Positions 28,224 through 64,000 of a stretch of DNA of 64,000 bases are shown in pieces. Source of the stretch: Chrysomallon squamiferum (taxonomy: Eukaryota; Animalia; Mollusca); NCBI GenBank assembly GCA_012295275.1, contig CM022670.1:5828001-5892000 (forward strand). Direction: 5' to 3'. Below the pieces are notes generated by a model. It was given only the letters and a program-made list of their open reading frames with translations, was not told where the DNA came from and did no database searches. Positions within the stretch are counted from its first letter, which is position 1. Each line of letters begins with the position of its first letter. Position numbers and translations under genes: made by a program.

Positions 28224-28729
28224 AACGGGAAACAATTTACAAGTACGGTAGTGTGCTCTGTTCAAAGAAATAAAATAATCTGTCTGGCAGTTCGTTTTTT
28301 TATTTATTTATTTTATTTATATTATTATTATTATTATTTTCTCGTTTAGACATGGAAGAAGGCAGTGTTGTAAACATTAAATAGTTTACTGATATTTTAA
28401 TACCAGTCTATCTGGATTATTTGAAATCCATTTTAAACAGGTAAAAAACTGTAAACAGTTAACATGCAAATGAATGAAATACATTGTTGAATAGTAACCA
28501 TAACATTGAAACGTGTCAAATGAATAACAACAAACTATTTATTTTGTGTTGTTTGTTAATATTAATGTTAATTAAACATGTTAAGTCACAGTAACTTGAG
28601 TACGTAACAAAGTATACAAAGCAACGACTAAAATAGTTGGACAGAAACGCTTCTTTTAACGTTGAACGTACATTTTGTCAGCAGCAGGCACAATACCACA
28701 CCAGCTACCACGTAGTTTATAGTTCCCAT
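27377..28729 (-). CDS. Ly6/uPAR three-finger, probably GPI-anchored protein (quiver/sleepless-like, 126 aa)
   Basis: Exons 28729-28672 (signal peptide MGTINYVVAGVVLCLLLTK), 28030-27902 (CSAIRCFSCNSRSDYRCGDSF...ECSGSCNKMRG) and 27570-27377 (VVRGC...KC...VCICNSNFCN plus hydrophobic tail LLPLIIISFIL). 381 nt in frame, with a ten-Cys LU pattern ending C.CN..FCN. Confidence 0.9.
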
Positions 28730-28845
28730 CTTCTTTCAACGACAATCACGACATCATTTCTCTTTATTTATCATGACCCGTTCTTCCGCATCATCCTAAG
28801 TTAACTGGTACCTGACAGAATTCAGTCAATTGTCATTTGACGCTT

Positions 28846-28886
28846 ACCTGTCCGACAGGTGGCGCTGCCATACCTGTTCTCAGGTA
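28846..28886. promoter_or_regulatory. CTCF-like motif overlapping a 15 bp palindrome and a CAGGT(A/G) cluster upstream of the Ly6 gene
   Basis: CCGACAGGTGGCGCTG (28852-28867) resembles the CTCF core CCASYAGRKGGCRS. ACCTGTC-C-GACAGGT (28846-28860) is a perfect inverted repeat. Confidence 0.4.
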
Positions 28887-29050
28887 CGCATTTGTAGTGG
28901 TCTAGTATAACTTTTCTTTAGATTTACAAATCTTAATTACAGAATGAAAAGATAATAAAATGACATTTAGTACACAGTGCATGTATTATTAAATTAAACA
29001 AACTCAATTTTATAAATTTATATACATTTCAGACGTAGTAATTGTGTGTG

Positions 29051-29102
<52 letters not shown>

Positions 29103-29964
29103 AATCCTTAAATAAGTTAATTTTTTTAAAATTATTATTGTTGTTGCTGCTGTTATTATTTTCTCATTATTATTATTATTTATTTCAAAGGTTTTGAATA
29201 TTTCTACAATTTATTCATTCGTATGTTACTGCTTGTCTCCGATTTTTTCAAACGACCCGTTGACTATTTTTTCTTTTTTTTTTTTAACAGTGAACCGAGA
29301 AACAGATGCGTGAACGAAAATGTGTAAATAACTTGAAATCACATTACATTTATAAACACATTTATTTCAATTATTTAATTTTTATTCATTCATTCATTCA
29401 CTTGAAACAGAAAATGAGCAGGAAAGTTCATAGGCTGTTGACATTATCTGAGAAAGGCTGAGCATTAATCAGCTAATTTCCTGTCAACTTCAAGTAGTTC
29501 TCAGTATTCAAATAGCTCTCAGGGCTCAGCCCCAGGGGGGTGTAGTGTTAGGTGTGGCCATTCAGTGGATTTCTTTGGGTAAATTTTCAATGTTGTATTA
29601 CAGAGAATCAACTGATTTATTTAATTATTTTTCTTTATTTATTATGTATTATTATTGCTTATTATTATTATTTAAAAAAATATATATATATTATTTATTT
29701 AATATTTTTTTAAATTATTTTTATTTATTTTTTTTTTTTTTAATTTATATTATTCATTTTAAATATAGATAATGTTACTTATATATGAACCTATGCAGAT
29801 TTCTGTAAATTCAGCAATCACACGCTAATACCCACTAGATCTGTTATTGCTTTATACGATATTCTGGAGATTTTTTTATGGTCACCAATAAAACATTTTC
29901 TCATCTTAAACGAAACAAGTTAGAAGTTTTAAGATGGGCAGATGTTAGTTCTCTCAAACAGTGT

Positions 29965-30003
29965 TTTATAAGCGGTAGTAATGGATCACGTGACACATTC
30001 AGT
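29965..30003 (+). promoter_or_regulatory. TATA/E-box/Inr core promoter of the serine protease gene
   Basis: TTTATAAG at 29965, CACGTG at 29987 and Inr-like TCAGT at 29999-30003, ~30 nt before ATG 30032. Confidence 0.45.
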
Positions 30004-30031
30004 AACACGACTAGCACGTACTAGAGCGAGG

Positions 30032-30276
30032 ATGTTGAAATTGTTACTGATATTTACAGTTACATCTACATTCACAGGTGAGAAGTTATACTCAAATACA
30101 TTAATCTCAAATACATTAATTTAAAAATGCGATTTATTAGACAACAAATGTCCGATTCAAAAAATAAATAAAATAAGTAAAATTTTCTACATCAAATTCT
30201 TACAATTTTTAAAATACAAGTTTTCTTCTTTTATTTTCCTTTTATTATTATTATCTCTTTTTTTTTTAGTAATAAA

Positions 30277-30345
<69 letters not shown>

Positions 30346-32406
30346 GTATATACTCTAACAAAAAAGAAACGCAAAACTAGATTTGATTAACACAGGGAAT
30401 ATCTATCTAATGGATAAACAGAAAGCAGCAGAATGTTCACATTTTACACAGACTTTCGCAGTTCATTAATATTGATGGTATTACATTGAAAAGGTTATAG
30501 GTTATACCAGTATAGTATCAATACCTTGTGTGCCCACCTCTATGTGGTCTCGCATTACCATTATTCATAATTGGAGCGACATGTGGCTGCAAAATTTCAT
30601 TTCAGTATCTCTCTGCCGTTAAGTTGCCTTGGATGTAAGCCAGGTTGGTCTTGCCAGTGTATGAGATTGCTGCCCACACCATCACACTACCACCGCCAAA
30701 TCTGTCCACTTCTTGTATGCAGTTTGCAGCAAAACGTTCACCACGACGTCTGTAAACTTGACATTTTCCATCAGATTGACGAAGCAGAAATCGAGCCTCG
30801 TCACTAAACCAGACAGTTCTCCATCGTAATTAAGGCCAGACTCTGGCACTTGACACCATTGACGTCGTAGTCGACAATGTTGTTGAGTCAAAACCGCTTT
30901 TCTTACAGGCCGTCTTGCTCGAATACCTACCTCGCGTAAATGATTGCGGACTGTCTGAGCCGATATTCTACGCAGACCTAGTATTGCTGAAGCAGTAGAG
31001 GTTGCTGTGGTGGTTCTTTCCCGTAGATGAAGTACCCGAATGTAGCGGTCCTGGACCCTGGTGGTTACACGTGGTCTAATTGATCTGGGACGATCACGTG
31101 TTGTTTGGTGTTCCTGGAACCGATACCACAATCTCAAGATGGTGCTTGGGGATACATGGAACACCCGGGTTACGGCCGAAAAGGATTCGCCAGCTTGTAA
31201 ACGGCCGATGGCCTTGTTTCGTTGCGTTTCACTCAGTCGTGGCATTTGTTTGATGTTGGCTAAGAACAAAAATAAGGAACAGAACTATTCGAAAACCTTG
31301 CATTTTTATAACCCTCGTATTCACTTTCATGTGCCGCACGTGCACATGCACTGGTAACGTGGTTTGCACGCGGAGACGTTTTGGCTAATAAACACGATCA
31401 TAGCCTTTATTTTGAGTTACCTGCTTTTTGGCGTCTGTAACAAAATCTATACATTTGAATCACAAAATGTCATTATATTCATAGTTTGTACATCGATATG
31501 TGTCAGTTTACAATAGTTATCTAAGAAATCAACCATTTTGCGGGGTTTGTTTGGGGGGAGAGTAAATATATATATATCTTTATTTAAATATTACGGCAAT
31601 TTATAACTAAAAACTTGTTCATCTACTTTCTGAATTTCAAGAATGTTTCGAGATTTTCAAATCGCCACGTCTTGTGGGGGGTAAACCTACAACCCCCTCC
31701 GCTTACCCATTCATGGCTGCTGTTCAGCTGAAAGACGGGCATCACGTATGTGGAGGTTCCCTCCTGGATTCGAACTGGGTGATTTCTGCGGCTCACTGTT
31801 TTACTGACATGAAGTATGTTTTTGATCTAAATAATAAAAACGTATGAGATTATGTAAAACTTTAAAAACAGTTTGTTTTTGTTTTTGTTTTTGTAGTTTA
31901 TAAAAATATAAAATAAAAACATAAATTCGTATTTATAAACAGTCTACATCATCAGTTTCAAAACTTCCAAGTGAAATAAAACCACAGTGCAACCATGCGC
32001 ACATACACACTCGCACACACGCACGCACGCACGCACCTCCATACGTTACATAATCAGATGAAACAGCTGCAGGAGATTTCCTTTCCTAGATATAACACAA
32101 CACGTTTGACTAATCGTTGCTACTGGTGTGAACTGTTCTGTGTTGTTCTTGCAGACGACAAGACTTGCGCGTTGTTCTTGGTGATCACGACAGATCCGTT
32201 CTCGAGGCTTCAGAACAAACGTTTTCTGTCAGCCAGTTAAAACTGGTTTGTTTTTACACATCTGTTTCATAAAAAAAAAAACACAACACACTCTTTCTTT
32301 TTTACCTTATATTTTTTTTTTTTCTCTCTCTCTCTCTGAAGATTTTCATGACAGTGGTTTTGTAGTTTATTAAACATATTCTCAAAAAACCCAATAAAAA
32401 TGACAA

Positions 32407-32445
<39 letters not shown>

Positions 32446-33839
32446 ATAAATAAATAAAATGTGGATTCAGTTTATCACTTAAAATATTTATTTAGTTTTT
32501 AAATTTAAATTCCTCTTCTTATTATTTTATTTATTATTTTTATGCAGCATCCTTTTTTCTCGGAAACGAATCCTAATGGTTACTTTCTGCCCAATGATCT
32601 GGCATTACTCAAACTGTCACACCCTGCCCTCATTAACAGCTACACCGCCCCCATTCACCTGCCGTCGTCATGTTCATACAACGTAACAGGTCGTAGATGT
32701 AAAATACTAGGGTGGGGTCGGCCATCCAGTAAGATCGTTACTGTATTTGGATTAATTATTATTACTGATAAATATACTAGAATTTGTTCTACTACTTTCA
32801 CTAGTACTACTACTAATAATAATAATAAAATATATTTATGAAACAAAAAAACAAAAAAAAACAGTAACTGTAGTATTTGCAGTACGAATTTTGATATACC
32901 TTTTTATTATGAATGGAAAATGATTTCAATTACTTTAATGACATTGTGAGACAGAGGTGATTATTATTTATTATTCCAGTTCAACTTATTGAGTAAAAAG
33001 ATTAGAAAAAAAACAATCAGGTTTATCTTGCTACAGGTAATATTTATTTTTTATTATTTATTTGTGGAGGCGACGCACTCGAGGTGTCCGACGTGCTGCA
33101 GGAAGCGGCAGTGACAACACACAGTGTACAGCAGTGTAAGCTCACTTGGGGCAACTACACCTACCACGGACAGATCTGTACTTTTGAACCTGGCGTGTCG
33201 TCCTGTTCAGTTAGTATAACAGGTTTTTAATGAAGAAACTGTTATCAGCGTAACTGAAATCTTCTGAACAGTGTTAGCGTGTTACAACAGATACATTTTC
33301 TAAATCCAAACTGACTAGCTGAGATCGTTGTTCAAAAATGTTGTCATTTTACATTTTATTTTTTATTGAAAAACGGTCCAGGGCCAAATCAAATTTTTGT
33401 TTGTTTTTATGTTTTTTTTTTGCTATTACAAATTAATGAGATTTGTATACAGATCAATATAATTAACATTCATATCTGATGTGCAAAGCAGTCATTGACA
33501 ATTTATATAAAAAACAACTCATTATTTAGTGGCTATAAGCAATTTATATCTTCTCTGTGTGTTTGTGCGTCTGAGTGTTTATAGATTTACAACTTTTCTT
33601 TAAAGTAATGTTTATGAAAGTTTTCTAATTTTAATGTTTTTGTTGAATTGTAACATGTTAGGTTGTTCTGTCTACAGGGTGTCAGTGGTGGTCCACTTAT
33701 CTGTGTGGACATCAACAACTACGTTCTGGTTGGAGTCAGCTCGTGGACAGACACGCAGTGTCGTGACTACCCCAGCGTCTACGTCGATGTTGTACAAGAA
33801 CGTGAATGGATTGAAGCAGTGATGAACAACGTAGATTAA
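30032..33839 (+). CDS. Secreted chymotrypsin/elastase-like S1 serine protease (~263 aa) with D194V
   Basis: Exons 30032-30077 (signal MLKLLLIFTVTSTFT), 31642-31813 (PR^LVGG...HVCGGSLLDSNWVISAAHC), 32155-32245, 32548-32728 (NDLALLKL...GWG), 33070-33209 (VLQEA...GVSSCS) and 33678-33839 (GVSGGPLIC...LVGVSSW...PSVYVDV..WI). 792 nt in frame; His/Asp/Ser triad present. Confidence 0.92.
30351..31564 (-). mobile_element. Tc1-family DNA transposon, internally deleted, in intron 1 of the protease
   Basis: Left end TA|TACTCTAACAAAAAAGAAACGCAAAA and a degenerate inverted right end TTTTGCG...AGAGTA (31564) flank a Tc1 transposase remnant. It abuts an (ATT)n run at 30278-30345. Confidence 0.88.
30518..31245 (-). 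pseudogene. Tc1 transposase pseudogene
   Basis: MPRLSETQRNKAIGRL...DRPRS.RPRVTT..QDRYI...SAQTVRN.L (paired-like HTH), a frameshift near 30845, then WFSDEARF...GGGSVMVWAAIS...Y*NEILQPHV...GNARPH fused directly to RGGHTRY*. The second catalytic Asp is lost and the segment carrying the catalytic Glu is deleted. Confidence 0.92.
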
Positions 33840-33861
33840 CACAAATATTAAGAAATACATA

Positions 33862-33895
33862 AATAAAACAAATGAGTCAATGAAATGTTTTTATT
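33862..33895. terminator. Opposed poly(A) signals between the convergent protease and MICU3 genes
   Basis: AATAAA (+, 33862-33867), 22 nt after the protease stop, and TTTATT (33890-33895) for the minus strand. Confidence 0.45.
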
Positions 33896-34319
33896 GCAAA
33901 TAACTTGGTAGTTAGATTGACACCTTTTTCACAGCAGATCTAATATGAGGTTTACTAACAAACAAAAAAAGTATATATATAAATATAAATCATTTATAAA
34001 TAAAATGCTCCAATTTAACAATTTAAATTACTATTAATTAGTTGGTATTTCCACACAGTATGTCTGATACGTTTGTCTTACAGTTTATCACATTACACTA
34101 GAGAACTTCAGTAACACAAAAAAGTATCGTTACTACCTTTGAATATACCAGCTCCAGCTACAGCTATGAATATATCACAGTAATAATTAGAATAATAATT
34201 TGTGTAGTTATAAAAAGTACAATAAACAGGTACGCAGTGTAATGATAATAAAATAAAACAGGTTTAACAAATCATTTACATAAACATTCCTATTTCATGT
34301 GTGGAGTAAAATGTAATAA

Positions 34320-34790
34320 ATATTCACTTCAGTATCAACATTCACTTCCGTAAACCATTAACTTCAAATGCAACAACATTTATATAAATATTTCTGTTTC
34401 AAACATCAACACTTATATCAATATACATGTTTCAAACATAAACATTTATATCAATATACACATTTCAAACTTATTTCAAACATCAACATTCAGATCAATT
34501 TTTCATATTAGTATTCACTTCATCAAAAATCATTTCAGTTCATACATCAACATTCACATCAATATTTCGATGTTAATATTCACATCAATGTATTAATATA
34601 TCAACATTTACATCAGTTTCAATACTGCAACGTTTATCAAGTGCATTAATATATCAACATTTGCATCAAGTACATTAATACATCAACATTCACATCAGTT
34701 AACAATATATCATCATTACTATCAATGATATAAATATCAATGTTCACATCAATGATTTAAATACACCAACATTCACAACATAACTGACAT
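34320..34790. repeat. Degenerate minisatellite in the presumed MICU3 3' UTR
   Basis: Recurring core aat(a)catcaacattcacatc(aat). Confidence 0.7.
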
Positions 34791-34916
34791 TTCCACACTG
34801 AGATATGTGTAAGTGCTGGAAATACATGTGATAAAGAATTGTGATCTGAGCAGGGTGTTAGGATAGATTTGTCAGTGGAATTCGTTTTTGTTCTCTGATC
34901 AGTGTTGTAGGATGAT

Positions 34917-61006
<26,090 letters not shown>

Positions 61007-62639
61007 CTGAAAAAAAAAAATATAATAATAATATTTTTGAGTCTAGTAAGCACAACAAAGAAAAAGAATGGAAAATGATTATTTCATATAACAAAACATT
61101 TAATATAAATATTTTAATATTACTGTCTGTTACACATTCTTTTTCTATGATGATAAGATTTTTTTTTATCATTTAGGGACCTTCCTGGAGTTTATAAATA
61201 ATGTGACAAATCTGAAACAAATAATTTTAAATCTGGAAGATGTTTCAGTCTTATTAACCTTTTTTTAAAAATTAAATAACTCTTAAATGAATTTCCTTTT
61301 TCTTAAAAAAAAAATAGCCCAAAATCCTAAAACAAAATATATTATTTCATATTTGCTGGGTTGCATCCACAGAAGAAATTAAAGGCAAAAATGTTTGTTA
61401 AACACTGAAATTTTCATTCAGCAAAGAGCAATTTAATCTATAAACAGAAAGATAAAATGTCAGTGATTCAAGAAAGTCACTGCTGTTTTACTGATAAGTA
61501 CTTTCATCAACATCTGTTAACTCAGTGTAAATACATGTTTCAATACACACTGTTAGAAAAAGCTTTTTAAAATGTAAAACTGAAATTTAATCACTTTTTT
61601 GAAAATTAACTTTTAATTGCACATATATGCTTTTTTCTCTATTAGTTTAAAAATATTACAGTGTATGTATGTTATAAGAAATTTGTACATCAAACACAGA
61701 TTTAAGAAATTTTAATTCAGTATTTTTTTTTATAAAGTTCATCGTGTGAAACAGAAAGGAAAGACACACACAGTAATAGATGTGGTCTTCTTCAGTAAAA
61801 CAGCAAATCCTATATCCTTACTACAACAACAAAAATAAGAATAAGAATAAATAAAAATAATAATTATGATAATAATTCTGGTGATGCAGATGGTGATGGT
61901 TTGTGATGAAAATGATAATGATCTTTTGCTGGGAAAAATATACTAACATATTTATGTTTTTCAGAATAAAGAGTTGTATTTACAGGAACAGGAAGAGTAG
62001 GATGTGCTAAGAGTACAATGTATTTTGTTTGAGATATTTATGTTCACAGTTTATTTGATGATGATGATGATATTTTTTTTTCAGGCTGTTCAGTGATCTA
62101 CATTTTCACGTTCAGTGTTTGAGGGCAATAACCCAACAGAGAACACTTTTAGAGGTTGTCCATCAAGTTTTAATCTTTTCACTAATTTTTACTGACCTTA
62201 ATTTACCACGCTCTGTGTGTGATCATAATGGGCAGAAGTGTGGACAATAAGCTACGGAATTCAAAAAGTGTAAAACTACTTGATTAAATCACATCAATAG
62301 TCTATTATACCAGTGTGATTAGTTAAAAATGTAGGAAATCATTTACAAATGGTGTGTTTTGTACTGGGTGTTACAAAGGTGTATCTTTGTTACAGGCTGA
62401 GTTTTATTTTCTATTATCAGGTGTGTTACACATCATGGGTGGCTTTCTCATTAAAGATGAAAGGATTAACTTTCTCCCGCTGGACACGCTTCTGTAATTT
62501 CATTCACTTACAACAAGTGATTCAGTCTACATTTGCACACTTCAGCGACTCTCAATGACATGACACAATATTTCCACATTATCCCATATGTACACTTTCT
62601 TCTGATGGGATGTATCCAAGTATGTGAGTGTATATGGAT

Positions 62640-62674
62640 GTGATTGTGATTGTGTGTGAGAGTGATTGTGTGTG

Positions 62675-62709
<35 letters not shown>

Positions 62710-62795
62710 TATGTGTGTGTGTGTGTGTGTGTATGTGTGTGTGTGGTATGTGTGTGTGTGTGTGTGTGGTATGTATGTGTGTGTGTGTGTGTGTT
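62640..62795. repeat. Interrupted (TG)n microsatellite
   Basis: Direct inspection. Confidence 0.95.
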
Positions 62796-64000
62796 AGTGT
62801 GCTATATTTGAAGTCTTATGTATGACAGAAACTGCATAAAGTAAAGTAAAATTTATGTATACTGAAAAATAGATTAAAATTTAGATATGATCCTTAAAAC
62901 AACCATTCACAGATACTCACATGTACAAATGAATATTTTCATTACAATATGATTATTCACCTAAGTACATACAGACACCCATGCACAAAATTAGTAAACT
63001 CACTTATATAAATGAATATTTGAATTACAATTTACTCCATATCTCAAGATGATTATGACTTGTTACTACTCAATAAGTTTATTTTCAGAGCTGAGTGAAA
63101 AAAGACATAGTGCAAATACCAACAGTACTAGAAACATAGAAACGTAATTATTTTAACTCTGGTTAATGTCTTTCAAATGAAGATGAGTTTTGCAGGTGTC
63201 AGTTCATTCAATCTGAAAATGTCTTTAACAGTGATGTGTATTAATTACCTTTGATGGCAATTACAGTCACACTCACTAATTCAAATAAAGGTTTGCATAT
63301 CTGTTTTAAACACTCAACAATTAAAAATAAATTTGGTTAACTTAAAATATTTTTTACAGAAAAAGTGGTTGTTTTAAAAGTGTGTTGTAAAATACAGACT
63401 AAACTTAAAGATGTTTATTTAATAAATATATTTATTTATTTCTATGTAAGCTGATGTAATTTTGAAGTGCAAACCGTTAGTTAATGTATTTTTGTGTGTA
63501 ATACTGTAGTAAATGTATTTTGTCCAAGATGTAGGTATATGCATTTAATGTTCAAACTGTAGCTTATGTAATTTTTATGTGCAAGTTTTATAATGTGTCT
63601 AACTGTTAAGTTTATGTTTTTGTAAACTGTTCTGAGTTTTACAGTGTGTATTCTTACATGAAGTTTTTACAAGAGAAAAAATATTACAGTTTATTTTATT
63701 ATTGTTTTTTTTTATTTACAAATGTGTTTTTTAGAATAACTTAGAATAAACTATTAGAAACTTTTAAACTTTTCCTGTTTCATCTTTTCTTGCTTTTTTT
63801 TAAATACAGTGCTTTATTTTTTAACAGTGTGTGTAATTTTTGTAAACCATTTCAGCATATGATTTTGACCATACACGTAACACTTTTAAAACACGTGGTT
63901 TTGACAAAGTAATTCTGTGTTTGCATGTGCAGCACCTGGTCAGTCGACAACCTTTGTGTTAGTTCAATTTACTTTGAGATGTCCTCAAACAAAAATACCT

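Noticed and set aside
61960-63100. Plus-strand acceptor-like sites and ORF 62349..62558 as a nested antisense gene
   Set aside because: No consistent reading frame or recognisable domain (no FGF-like motif); such sites are common in T-rich DNA.

Overview
AT-rich, intron-rich animal DNA, probably an invertebrate such as a mollusc or other lophotrochozoan (inferred from gene content and composition only). Six spliced protein-coding genes can be assembled by hand with frame-consistent GT-AG junctions: SAP30L (+, 1897-4515), eIF3f (-, 7475-11711), NFRKB (+, 14856-26402, 23 coding exons), a quiver/sleepless-like Ly6 three-finger GPI protein (-, 27377-28729), a secreted chymotrypsin-like S1 protease with GVSGGP instead of GDSGGP (+, 30032-33839) and the 3' part of MICU3 (-, 34917-61006; 5' exons not found, probably beyond the window). 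There are two dead DNA transposons, a Sola-like DDE fossil and an internally deleted Tc1, plus many mini- and microsatellites. The most unusual pattern is three unrelated intronic minisatellites (30, 31 and 66 bp units) whose first unit straddles an exon/donor junction, producing arrays of duplicated splice donors. Also notable are a candidate alternative MICU3 exon and enhancer-like islands in the 16.6 kb MICU3 intron. No rRNA, tRNA or CRISPR array was seen. All family assignments come from recalled homolog motifs, not database searches.
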